From positions 22,382,001 to 22,446,000 of the forward strand of contig OZ004615.1 of NCBI GenBank assembly GCA_963924565.1: 64,000 nucleotides of DNA, written 5' to 3'. The position numbers were made by a program, and so were the translations under genes. This stretch comes from Ascidiella aspersa. Taxonomy: Eukaryota. The notes below the pieces were generated by a model. The model ran no database searches. It was not told the origin of the DNA and worked only from the letters and a program-made list of their open reading frames with translations. Position 1 is the stretch's first letter. Every line of letters begins with the position of its first letter. This document shows positions 55,001 to 64,000 of the stretch, piece by piece.

Positions 55001-58000
55001 ACAAAATTTTCTCAACTTTAAGTTCCGTTTGTTGTTTTCGCTAGTGTTGAGAATTTAAACACACTGAAAAGACAAAAAACGTATCTTGTTATAACGATTT
55101 TGAGCAGAATTTATTGAGGAAGAATGAGGTTAAGGTATTTTTTCCAAAATATTTTCCTTTACAAATATAAAGCTCAAAATGAAGGCAATTTAATAAAACT
55201 TTGGAGCATAATGGTCGGGGGTTTTAGTTAGACATAGATGTAAGGATTGTAAGCCCATATCGAGTAGGTTAAAAACGAGTAAAAGTTATTCAAAACGTGC
55301 AAAAAAAAAATATCTATTTAAGGCTAATTTTCTCACTGTACCTTCAGACTTTAAAACGTAACAAAAGTTTTTTAATAAGTTTCAAGTTGCCTTTCTTTCG
55401 TATTCAATTTTAGACCTTTTTCAATTTTGTAGCATAATGGTTGAAAGTTGTAGTAAGACGTAATAAAAATATTAAAGCCATTTCAAACTAAGTCAACTAA
55501 GTCAGAAGATACTACGTTTTTTAATTTTATTTCTCTATGTTTTATTTCAGATGCGTGACATCACCCACGACCATCTGACTCGTTTCGAAGGCGCATGCGT
55601 GGAGTGGCCTCACATCTGCGTGCTAACTGAGTACTGCAGTAAGGGAAGCCTGCGAGACATTCTGCTCAACGACGAGATTCACCTGGACTGGATGTTCAGG
55701 GTCTCACTCACCATGGATCTTGTGAAAGGTGGGTGAGAGACCGAAAATGTTTTTTAAATACCGAAACGTTTTTTTATAGTCTTCATACAGCGCAGAATTA
55801 GAGAAGTCATAGTCTTTGTTGACAAATCGTTGCGGTATCTTGAAATTTCTTAATGGTCACCAAGTCCAAGTCTTACCAAAAACTGGGCGGCACTATTCTG
55901 CTGTTATTGTTAGGTGGTCAGGTCGTAAATAAAAACGTAATAAATGAAACTATAACTATTACAAATTGAAGTCAGTTGACACAATCAAAATTTTGTCAAA
56001 AGTAAAATGTAAACCTTGTTTATATTTATCACCTGGTAATTTTTCAACTTATTTTCTCGAAATGCCCTGAAGTTGCCTAAAGCAGTGTCTAATAAAACAG
56101 AAAATAATCCTGCTTTCATAAAAGTCTAAGAGCAATAGAGAAGTCGGTTAAATTTTCTCTTCATTTTTGCCTATATCCAATGGTTATTTAGTGCATGGTT
56201 ATGCTTACTCGTATGCGCAAAAGTCGTATATCTGCTTAGGTCTAGGTCAATTAAGATTCAGTATCATGGGTCGGCGTTTACTTCAATGTTACAGTCGCAT
56301 TTGCTTTCTTCGTGGTGAAGAGCTTTGATGCAAATTTACCACAATGAAGCGTGACCAATCAAAAACCATAACCTCACCGGCTTTGCAGCTGCGACGAATG
56401 GTCGCGTCTATTTCAGGCGCTTTGACAACGACATATAAACTATTCGTGCAGAATTAAGAGGCGCCTTGGCGTAGCACCGCGGAGTTTTCAAATCGCAATT
56501 CAATAGTTTACCACTTTTTAAAACCGCGCGCCGGCAAAACTACAGGAAAAGGTGCGGGCCTGTCACGACTTGAGGTTTCCGTGCAACTTTCGAGCTGTCC
56601 TGCAACGAAAACGTGATAAATTGGCGAAGCCGAATGCAAATCCCACTGTTCCCGTGACATTTGCGGAAATCGAAAACCTGAAGGAATGCCGAGCGACCCG
56701 TGAACCGTCGCATAGAAATCTTATGGCCTTCGAAATTTGAACAACTGGTTCTCAACCTGCTAATGCTACCCGAGCGCTTAGGCGAAGTTTAAGAAAGTTA
56801 ACGTGTAATATTATTGGGACCTCCTTAAAATTATATTCAATCGATCTATAATCTAAAACCTGTGGCCAGTGTTGTGAGCGAGATGTTATAATAACTTTAT
56901 TAAACATACATTTTTTGTGAAATTGTTTTTTATACCAGGTGGTACAACAGCAAAAAGCCACTCTAAATGGGGTACGCGGTTAGAAGCGACTAAGACATGC
57001 TGTTTAAAACTAAAGGATAAAACTGAAAATAATACAAGTTGTACCGTTAAATAACGTATTACATTCGATGAGTATTTCGCGCGATTTGTTCCATAAGTCC
57101 ACATATTGTAAAAATAAATTTTATTATGTCATCGCAAACCGGCATTATACAATTGGTCGATTGTTAGACGACGTTTCCATTGATGTATACGAAATCGCGA
57201 AAGTCGTCGACAGATAAAAGCTGACTGACGGTTACCACATCACTCAGCTAACCTCGTATACCTCCAACTGTGTATTGACAGTTACGGCTACCGTTTGACA
57301 ATCGATCATAGTTTAAAAGAGGGAAGGTTGAAATATAATCTCCCTGTTACATGTGGATTTGACTTCGGGTTTTGTAAGTCTTACTCCTCCTTTGAAAATT
57401 CGCCTTAGTAACCAAAAAGGAAGCTTTACAAAGCAATGAATCATGGCACGTTTTCTTAACGCAACTCTGAAATTGACATAAATACAAAACCTAAACCTTC
57501 ACTTGGCGGCCTGTACTGACATCTCTCTTCTAAATTCGTAAAAAAAATTAAAATAATTTTTTTTGATAAAAAGTCCGGCCAAAGAGTTTCCAAATAAACC
57601 AACTACTTGTTTTGAATCTTCTATGCAATAAACAGAAATAAGGTTTAAGTATTAAATGTTAAGTTATCGTCGGTTAGTGTCACTTTAGGAACATTACAGA
57701 CATACGCATTCGTGTCATCGTTACTAGACATGAAAAATAAGAACAAAATTAAACGTACTCATGTTATCACGCTTAGGAGGCAAAAAATAAACCTTAACAC
57801 AGCTATATTGATTTACTTCTTCAAAAAGAAATCAACCTTTTCAGTTAGAAAGCGTCGTTCGATCGGAAACCATATCTGAAATACCTATGTCGGTTTGATA
57901 TCATACGAGTTATGTCGGACTAGTACATTTGGCATCGGTATTCAATCCGAATCGAAAATATCGGATATCGCCAACCTGCTATAAACGATATTAAACAACA

Positions 58001-61000
58001 TCACCACACTATTTTTACAGGGATGAGTTTTCTGCACGGCAGCGCCATCCACTCACACGGCAACCTCAAGTCCACAAATTGTGTGGTCGACTCCAGGTTC
58101 GTCCTAAAGATCACAGACTACGGACTCGCATCCTTCCGCAATATTCCCTCATATGAAGAAATGGAGAAACACGCTGAAAGTAAGTGGCCTCACCTTTTTT
58201 AGAGAATGTTTAAGAGTATTTTGCTGCCTTAAGGTTATCATAGAGAACTGATAAACCCAATAGATGTTACATACCTTCTAATTTTTTATTTTTTTTTTGG
58301 AACTACTGTTTTGCGCTAACTATAGATTTGAGGTTCTCAAACACTTTAGATCGTTATCCCTTGGTAGAACCTTATGGATTTCTGTATTTAGGCGCGCATA
58401 AAATATTGATGACACGACAGAACGTTGCATCTTTGCTATAATCGCACAACTATTAGAATCAATGGTTTACTCTCTTGGTCATTGATACTCTATTTTTGAA
58501 AACTTGATGTGCTTCATAACTTAAACTATGACCCACAATCTGAACTATGTTCCGATATCAGTTATTAACATTTCGTTTCGGTATTATATATATACTATTT
58601 ACAAGCAACACAATAAAGTCAGAGTGTATCGTATAACGTTTAAACCACGATTTTCAAGCTGTCAAAAATAGACTTTACTGTTTCAGAAATACATTCCTTT
58701 AAAACAACATAGCCCAAAGCCACGATTTGTCAAACATAGTTTGTATTGAAGTGCCTTTCGGCTAAAACAGCTGTTGGTACAAGATAGCATCGCCTAAATC
58801 ATTATCAAAATTACATCCTTGAACATGCCAGGCTGAAAACTACGATATCTGGAACTAAATAAAGTGTGTGTTAATATAGTAAAACCAACAACGTCGGTAT
58901 AGTAAAACCAACAACGTCGGCCAACAGCGAAGCCATACCGTGCTAAGAGAAAGAGTAAAGACAGCGGTTTTTTGAATCGCTTACACTAGCCTTGTAACCC
59001 TTGAAAAACATTGACAAAAAATCGACGATCTGCCGTTTTAACGTCGTCTAACTCCCGCAGAAAAACTGTGGACGGCTCCCGAGCTTCTTCGCTGCAGCAA
59101 CCGGCATGCGGCAGGAACGCAGAAGGCAGACGTGTACAGTTTCGGAGTCATTCTGCAGGAAATCGCACTCAGAAAGGGCACGTTTTACGTCGGCGGGATT
59201 CCCCTTTCTTGCAAAGGTTCGTGGAAAGTTTTCGGATTTTTAAAGATTTTTAAAATCTCAAATTGGCGGAATGAATGTCGTTAGTTTACTGTTAAGTTTG
59301 AGTTTGTGTTTTGTGACTGAGAAAAGCATATCGTTTTGGCTTTTTCATCATAAGTTTTGTGAAATAAGTACTAAAACCTAAGAAAAAACTAAACAAATTA
59401 CTAGACATAAAGGATTTCCAATTAACAATATTGGATCCCTTTCCTAACTTAAACGGTCGCAAAAGCTCACAACTGTTGTAGACATAGATTCGACAAACTA
59501 GTACCACTGAAACCCATGGTTCAACTTTAAAACATTGCAAAATGGTATTAAAAATATCGCGCCAACAGTATCAAATTAAAGGGTCAGTTTTGACCCTTGT
59601 TGAACATTCCTTGTCAGGTTTATCAAACAACTGCTAGAAAAAAAGATTTTCTACCTTGACCTGCTGATAAGCACGGTTGTGCGAAAGCTTGTCGAGAACT
59701 CAATACAAATTGTCTTTGTATAGTGCCACCTATTAACCCTATTTAGAATTAGACAAATGCGGCCATTTACGAATATATATTGTACCAGAAATCCTGATGA
59801 AGCTGCGCAACGGATTCCGACCCTATTTCCGACCCTTGATCGACTACAGCTCTCTGAGCGAGGACGTTTGCAGCTTGATGCAAAGATGTTGGAACGAAGA
59901 TCCTAACGAGAGGCCCGACTTCGGTCAAATCAAGAAGATAGTCGAGAAATTCAACAAGTGAGCCTTTTCTTCCGTCAACTTTACACAAACGAGTCTGGGC
60001 CGGCGTTATAAATAGCCATGACTTACGTCAGTTTCAAATCGGTTTAAGGTTAAGTTAACGCGGAGCTAGAACGTTGCAATGCGCTGAACTCAATATAGAG
60101 TTCGTTAATGCGACGAAACCGGATTTTCGGGGAATTTTACCCAAATTGAACTTATTTTTATTTAATAAACAAGCTCATAGGAGGTGTGACGATTAACGCT
60201 GGCAATTCGTGCTATGCAAAATTTATATAATTGATTATTAATAGAAGATTGACACTGGACTCAAATCAACTCGTAGCTCGTCTAAAAGTCTATGCGTTAT
60301 TGTTATCACCTGAAAAACGAAACAATGTTTCGGGTTTAAATCAAAAAATAATTTTACGTATTTTTCACTTCCTTTTGTTAATCAGAACTTAACGTTTTTC
60401 TAAATAGTTTCAAAAGCCGTATATATGATATTGGTGTCATGCTGTTTTTCATGGATTTAAGAGCCCTCTTTACAAACCAAAGTTAGCCAAAAGATTCACA
60501 TTATTCGATTTTAGGGATCTGTTTACCCTGTTCGACTTTATTTTTTTTGTTATTTAAACCCACATTTATCTGACTTGCATACTGCTGTCTGCAACATTGA
60601 CTTTAAACGTTCATATAAGCGATTTTTACAAAATTAAAACTATTTGGGTGAAAAAAATTGTACTGTAGCTCAGCCAAAGCTATACTGCACAGAAAGGGTG
60701 TTAAAGACCACTGTTTATGTACAGAGACAACCCTGGCAATCTGGTTGAGAACCTTCTCCATCGTATGGAACAGTACGCTATCAACCTGGAAGGTTTGGTT
60801 GAAGAAAGAACGGCAGCTTACTTGGAAGAAAAGCAGAAGGCTGACGATCTACTCTACCAAATGCTGCCCGTGTGAGTTTACGAGGGACATTACACAAACG
60901 TTTATTTTTACCATTTAATCGGGCGCAGCATTGTATTGTCAAAAACAGCCTTAACCGAGCAATTGTGGGCCTATTTGTCAACAATACACTTACGGTAATA

Positions 61001-62984
61001 ACCTCAACAAGAAAATACCCAAACATTCATTTGGTTCATAACCTACAAATTACACTATGCTTTTTTCTACCTGAAATACACCCCTTGAAATAACGTTAAT
61101 TATTGTTACGTATAAGTGAGAATTTTAAAGTCCATACAGAGGTAGGTATTATTTGAAACGTTTCGAATAACTCTATATTCATTTTCAAAATATAAAGAGT
61201 TATTCGAAACGTTCAAAGTGATACCTATACTTTTGTATGGGATTTGATATTCTTACTAGGTCTTACTACAACCTTCAACCATTATGCTCCAAAGTTTTTG
61301 TAACGTTTGCTGCCTAAAGCCCAAACCACATTGGCCATGTATTGCACGGATAACAAAAATATTTTCCAATTTGGTTACAGTCCGGTGGTCGACCGACTGA
61401 AGCGTGGCGACTCGGTGCCCGCCGAAGCGTTCGAAAGCGTCACAATCTGTTTCTCGGACATCGTCGGTTTTACGTCCCTCTCGGCTGCCTCCAACCCAAT
61501 GGACATCGTCAGTTTGCTGAATGATCTCTACACATGCTTCGACGCCATCATCGACAACTTCGACGTTTATAAGGTGCGAGATTGTGACTTTTTACGGCGG
61601 TTGTTTCTTTAAATGGACTGGTTTGTTGGACCGTTCGAAGAAGTTAATTTAAAGTTTTACGAGTGATTGTTTTACGAATGACTTGATGTTCTATATTTCT
61701 GTTACGGTAGTTGTTCTCAAACGGTGATTTATTACAACCTGAATGGGGCATAGTTTAAAGCTTTTAGATGTTGGTTTTGGCAATGAATTGACATGCTATG
61801 CTCTTGTTACGGCATGGTTTTAAATTCTGGTTTAATACACCCTTGTTTCATTTTTATTTTTTTAAATAGGAAGTGTTTTTTAAGGGTGAAATTTGGGAAA
61901 TTATGTTATATGCTGCCCCTGAACACTTAATTGCTAAACATCACTTTAACGGCGGTTTTTAAAAAAAAAGTTTTACGAAAACATGGTTTTGTATTCACCT
62001 TCAACCACTCGGCGTACAAAAAAAGGTAAATTAAATATTCCCAACTTTACATAAAAAATACAAGCATAACATCCTGTTCAAGCCCAAATTAAATCCTTCT
62101 AAGCATGCGACTCAAAACGAACCGAGTGTAATAACTCTGTGTCGCTTACAGGTTGAGACGATAGGAGACGCCTACATGATGGTGTCGGGCCTGCCGGTGC
62201 ACAACGGAATAAGGCACGCAGCCGAGATCGCGCGAACAGCCCTCGCTCTGCTCAAGGCGGTCAACAACTTCAAGATACGTCACCGACCCGCTGATCAGCT
62301 CAAACTCAGGATCGGCATTCACACCGGTTCGTGTGTGGATTGTGTTTTTTTGCGAGTTGGGAGTGTGTCGGCGTTTATGAAAACCGGGATTTTTAAATCG
62401 CCAAGTTAACTTAATGCTGTAAACCAGTGGAAAAGCATTTTTCAACGAACTGGCCTTAATGTAAATTGTTTGATATGAAAAGTCCCAATTATGCATACCT
62501 TATTATTTTAGTTTAACAGTGTGTTTAAGTCGAGTTTTTCTGCTATTTTTTACCTAACTTATTGCTTTATTAAACGCTATCCAGTTACATACAGTATTTA
62601 TTGTCAAACCCCGCTAAAATCAGTGGTACCCACGGGTTATCACCCTCAAAGGGATAATTTAACAATTACATAAGATTTTACCTTGAAACGCTGAAAAGCA
62701 AAAGTATAGCATCTATACTTTTCGTTTGTTTTATTTTTGTGTTCTGTTAAGTGCAAATTAATACAAAACTTCTGTTGTTTATCCAATAATAAAATATAGA
62801 TCATACCTTATAATTTAAACAAAAGGGGGTTTGTTATACTAGTAATGACTCTAACAAGGTGGCTTAAATGTATCCTTATGTACAGGACCTTGTTGTGCCG
62901 GTGTGGTCGGTTTGAAGATGCCAAGATATTGTTTGTTTGGTGATACGGTCAACACTGCTTCAAGGATGGAATCGAGCGGACTTC
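9466..62984 (+). CDS. NPR1/NPR2-like: Receptor guanylyl cyclase, natriuretic peptide receptor 1/2-like; 22 coding exons in window, 3' end beyond window
   Basis: Exons joined by hand with GT..AG boundaries and matching phases give one open frame of 3583 nt. Motifs: YPWS..PALEVA, IGP..Y, TLVRTGP, FHD, GVTG.I.....GDR, PKCGF...C, a TM helix, [82 protein letters not shown]. Confidence 0.97.
10109..10260. mobile_element. Palindromic (fold-back) MITE family A copy
   Basis: ttggagcataatggttggaggttg...tttcgaataact...ttcgaaacgttcaaa; related copies at ~25645, 38714, 46412, 49849, 55199/55430 and 61115. Confidence 0.8.
13207..13340. repeat. 74-bp tandem duplication before exon 2
   Basis: atact.tttagcaaaag.gtg.at...ttcgcatgtaaaagac at 13207 and 13281. 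Confidence 0.85.
13378..13534 (+). CDS. Coding exon 2 ([12 protein letters not shown]...IGPMDAY...[17 protein letters not shown])
   Basis: Acceptor tttctcag, donor GTGAGT, 157 nt, phase 2 to 0; aligns with NPR GP..Y...HW segment. Confidence 0.92.
16282..16576. mobile_element. hAT-type MITE
   Basis: TIRs ctgtgtttctcaac / gttgagaaacactg; degenerate TSD gcctgtaa / gcctcaga. Confidence 0.75.
17639..17677. repeat. (TGCGG)n microsatellite
   Basis: Six perfect TGCGG units plus partial flanking units. Confidence 0.95.
21620..21969. repeat. Tandem duplication whose second copy ends in the exon 3 acceptor
   Basis: atgaaccgaaaca.tcatata.acaatgtgtataat and ccttgcttgcacgaaaa, starting at 21620 and 21823. 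Confidence 0.88.
21970..22118 (+). CDS. Coding exon 3 ([17 protein letters not shown]...YYNW...DDNLHE)
   Basis: Acceptor tttatttgcag, donor AG|GTGGGT, 149 nt, phase 0 to 2; LVRTGP motif. Confidence 0.92.
23607..23761 (+). CDS. Coding exon 4 ([10 protein letters not shown]...ALNNFAR)
   Basis: Acceptor gaccag, donor G|GTGAGA, 155 nt, phase 2 to 1. Confidence 0.9.
24120..24230. repeat. Dispersed repeat; second copy at ~51460-51572
   Basis: gagtatt..gctgt.actgatcag...cttgcaaag.gtcaagg..atttccaat.tcacatattcagtgcaa is shared. Confidence 0.75.
26202..26270. repeat. Perfect 25-bp tandem repeat x2.8
   Basis: ttctatacgaaataccttagggaaa at 26202, 26227 and (partial) 26252. Confidence 0.95.
29515..30005. 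repeat. Tandem repeat, ~170-bp unit x3
   Basis: aaaacg.ct...ggaat...ttgcag...tgatag...actgg...caagctgct.gcc.tattagga occurs three times. Confidence 0.9.
38492..38655 (+). CDS. Coding exon 5 ([15 protein letters not shown]...[10 protein letters not shown]...RPWE...LVS)
   Basis: Acceptor tctttctgcag, donor GTAAGT, 164 nt, phase 1 to 0; GEY....D and RPW motifs. Confidence 0.92.
38919..39232. mobile_element. hAT-type MITE inserted in a duplicated exon-5 flank
   Basis: TIRs cagtgattttcaacc / ggttgagaaccactg; TSD cattataa (38911-38918) / cattacaa (39233-39240). Confidence 0.88.
44945..45054 (+). CDS. Coding exon 6 ([27 protein letters not shown]...)
   Basis: Acceptor tttgcag, donor AG|GTATAG, 110 nt, phase 0 to 2; EA.Q...IIT...P....Y..F motif. 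An in-frame upstream acceptor exists at 44911. Confidence 0.9.
45307..45591. mobile_element. hAT-type MITE
   Basis: TIRs cagttgttcacaac / gttggaaaccactg; perfect 8-bp TSD ctttatat. Confidence 0.88.
46412..46525. mobile_element. Family A palindromic MITE, internally deleted
   Basis: ttggagcataatgattggaggttgtag start; perfect inverted arms gcccatacaaaag / cttttgtatgggc. Confidence 0.8.
46946..47054 (+). CDS. Coding exon 7 ([13 protein letters not shown]...PDEYFK)
   Basis: Acceptor cctacag, donor AAG|GTAGAA, 109 nt, phase 2 to 0; required to bridge the phases of exons 6 and 8. An in-frame donor after 46997 is also possible. Confidence 0.8.
47571..47772 (+). CDS. Coding exon 8 ([15 protein letters not shown]...GKTFE)
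   Basis: Acceptor gcacag, donor G|GTAATT, 202 nt, phase 0 to 1; PA.FHD motif. Confidence 0.93.
47847..48145. repeat. Tandem repeat, ~110-130-bp unit x3, after exon 8
   Basis: cgctt.tgaggtt...atacaaac occurs three times and gcagga.aaatataatcag.ttgata twice. Confidence 0.85.
48985..49065 (+). CDS. Coding exon 9 ([27 protein letters not shown])
   Basis: Acceptor ttattacag, donor G|GTAGGT, 81 nt, phase 1 to 1; GVTG...GDR..DF motif. Confidence 0.93.
49639..49782 (+). CDS. Coding exon 10 ([10 protein letters not shown]...[23 protein letters not shown])
   Basis: Acceptor tctctcgcag, donor GTGAGT, 144 nt, phase 1 to 1; WP.G.P.D.PKCGF...C motif. Confidence 0.94.
49849..49995. mobile_element. Family A palindromic MITE filling the intron before the TM exon
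   Basis: gtagtaagaattt.aa...catacagaagt.ggta / tacccacttctgtatgg..tttaaaattcttactac inverted arms. Confidence 0.78.
50060..50141 (+). CDS. Coding exon 11: transmembrane helix ([28 protein letters not shown])
   Basis: Acceptor tcacag, donor AG|GTAAAA, 82 nt, phase 1 to 2; hydrophobic stretch of about 22 aa. Confidence 0.9.
50634..50901 (+). CDS. Coding exon 12: juxtamembrane region with insert ([17 protein letters not shown]...KRAHKRKRK...VENE)
   Basis: Branch point ctaac at 50605, acceptor gacag, donor GAG|GTATAT, 268 nt, phase 2 to 0; KEL.S.LWRV.W motif. Confidence 0.87.
51587..51658 (+). CDS. Coding exon 13: phospho-regulatory segment ([24 protein letters not shown])
   Basis: Acceptor cccacag, donor AAG|GTAATC, 72 nt, phase 0 to 0. 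Confidence 0.88.
51802..51879 (+). CDS. Coding exon 14 ([26 protein letters not shown])
   Basis: Acceptor tttttctag, donor GTAAGT, 78 nt, phase 0 to 0; ELKH motif. Confidence 0.94.
55199..55490. mobile_element. Two family A MITE fragments before exon 15
   Basis: ttggagcataatggtcggggg at 55201 and agcataatggttgaaagttgtagtaagacgt at 55431. Confidence 0.7.
55551..55728 (+). CDS. Coding exon 15: kinase-homology domain ([16 protein letters not shown]...DLVK)
   Basis: Acceptor tatttcag, donor G|GTGGGT, 178 nt, phase 0 to 1. Confidence 0.95.
58021..58179 (+). CDS. Coding exon 16 ([40 protein letters not shown]...)
   Basis: Acceptor tttttacag, donor GTAAGT, 159 nt, phase 1 to 1; pseudokinase HGN in place of HRD. 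Confidence 0.96.
58875..58920. repeat. Perfect 23-bp tandem duplication
   Basis: tatagtaaaaccaacaacgtcgg twice. Confidence 0.95.
59061..59216 (+). CDS. Coding exon 17 ([11 protein letters not shown]...[15 protein letters not shown]...)
   Basis: Acceptor cccgcag, donor G|GTTCGT, 156 nt, phase 1 to 1. Confidence 0.95.
59657..59775. repeat. Dispersed repeat abutting the exon 18 acceptor; copies at ~4247-4355 and ~2507-2550
   Basis: aagcacggttgtgcgaaagcttgtc is identical at ~4257 and ~59669. Confidence 0.78.
59789..59957 (+). CDS. Coding exon 18 ([16 protein letters not shown]...[12 protein letters not shown]...FNK)
   Basis: Acceptor gtaccag, donor GTGAGC, 169 nt, phase 1 to 2. Confidence 0.95.
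60725..60871 (+). CDS. Coding exon 19: dimerisation helix ([21 protein letters not shown]...LLYQMLP)
   Basis: Acceptor gtacag, donor GTGAGT, 147 nt, phase 2 to 2. Confidence 0.96.
61115..61295. mobile_element. Family A palindromic MITE (best-preserved copy)
   Basis: aacgtttcgaataactct / agagttattcgaaacgtt perfect arms; ends caaccattatgctccaaa, the reverse complement of the family start. Confidence 0.85.
61381..61573 (+). CDS. Coding exon 20: cyclase domain ([19 protein letters not shown]...FDVYK)
   Basis: Acceptor gttacag, donor AAG|GTGCGA, 193 nt, phase 2 to 0. Confidence 0.96.
62152..62326 (+). CDS. Coding exon 21: cyclase domain ([15 protein letters not shown]...LRIGIHT)
   Basis: Acceptor cttacag, donor G|GTTCGT, 175 nt, phase 0 to 1. 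Confidence 0.96.
62886..62984 (+). CDS. Coding exon 22: cyclase domain ([33 protein letters not shown])
   Basis: Acceptor gtacag, donor GTAAGT, 99 nt, phase 1 to 1; next exon not found in window. Confidence 0.96.
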
Positions 62985-63036
62985 GTAAGTAAAGCATTTT
63001 AAACTTTAAAAGTTTCATTTACACGATCGCCTAGAA

Positions 63037-63540
63037 CAGGACTTTTTTTTCCAAACTTTTTTCTGAAGAGCCGGATTGTCTCTAAAGATTGCGGGCCGGA
63101 TATTACCATTTTGTGTTGAATTTTATTACCTTAATTTTTATCATTACAAGAAGGAAGTCTAAAGTACTTGATGGGACAAAACAGTAGTAACCTTGATAAA
63201 CGCGGTTCAATTTACAACTTCACCAAAATTTAGTTAGAAATTGCGTCGACAACTTTTGAAATACATTTTTTTCTCGCGGGCTTGTAGAATTGACATTTTC
63301 GAATGAATAACATTTTGATTTTGAAACAAATCCACCTTAAGAAAATCTAGACTGCATTTGTAGTATATAAACTTGTCACGGTTTTAAATTAGACTATTTG
63401 CACATTTATGTTCTTGTAAAAAAAAACAACATGTTTTTCACCGTTCATTAACCGCAAATGTGGAGAAAAGCTTTTAAAATGCGATGTTTTAAACCGATCC
63501 GACCAGTCAATTTCGCCCGCAGCCTGTTTTTGACATTCTG
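63037..63540. mobile_element. hAT/Charlie-like non-autonomous element
   Basis: CAG...CTG ends, internal gcgggccgga / gcccgc motifs, TSD gcctagaa / gcgtagaa. Confidence 0.65.
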
Positions 63541-64000
63541 GCGTAGAAATAATAGACAGAAAACACCGATAGGCCTAAATTGGTGATTAGATCTCATAAA
63601 AACAAGTCATTGGTCGGTTGAAAGAGGTTTTCGAAGAATTTAATGTTTGGTTTGGCCGCTGTGGCACTGATAAAAGTCCAATTCATCGTCGTGCAACTTA
63701 ATGCAGGCATTTCTCTTTTCAGTAGTTAGAAACTTATTCTTTCAAGTAAAATCAGACAATACCATGAAGTGACACGAATTTTAAAATGTGATTATATCTC
63801 GTGTATCCCATTCCGTTGCTCAATATTGCATTAGGCTACATCCCTAACTGACCCTTTTGTGAACTTAATTAAACTGCCTAGACAGCAACAATCTAAATTG
63901 AGGAGAAATTCAAATTTACGTAACACATCTAATCTTAAACTTTAAAAGTTGCCCATTGAGGAATTTGCTTTGAGAAAGCATCCTCGGATTACTCGTTAAG

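Noticed and set aside
62985-64000. Final cyclase exon
   Set aside because: No acceptor followed by the expected IH-containing frame; it must lie beyond the window.

Overview
Eukaryotic (animal) genomic DNA, AT-rich, with no prokaryotic features. Sequence style and gene architecture suggest an invertebrate chordate, probably a tunicate (inference only). One large + strand gene dominates the window: a single-pass receptor guanylyl cyclase of the natriuretic-peptide-receptor (NPR1/NPR2) type. I assembled 22 coding exons by hand from ATG 9466 to 62984. All have GT..AG ends and consistent phases, giving 3583 nt (1194 codons); the last exon(s) lie beyond the window. Domain order: signal peptide, ANF-receptor ectodomain, one TM helix, pseudokinase domain, dimerisation helix, and an intact GTP-specific cyclase. 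The intracellular half is close to vertebrate NPR1/2, but the ectodomain is heavily remodelled: a ~90-aa acidic, Tyr-rich insert with a new Cys pair, and loss of both canonical lobe disulfides plus the chloride-site Gly-Cys. A ~49-aa juxtamembrane insert carries an NLS-like basic cluster and is preceded by a phased CRE cluster. One intron appears to have slid by 1 nt relative to NPR2. Introns and the upstream region hold hAT-type MITEs with 8-bp TSDs, a palindromic MITE family that sits next to exons, many local tandem duplications, and CpG-rich islands carrying GATTA/TAATC and CRE motifs.
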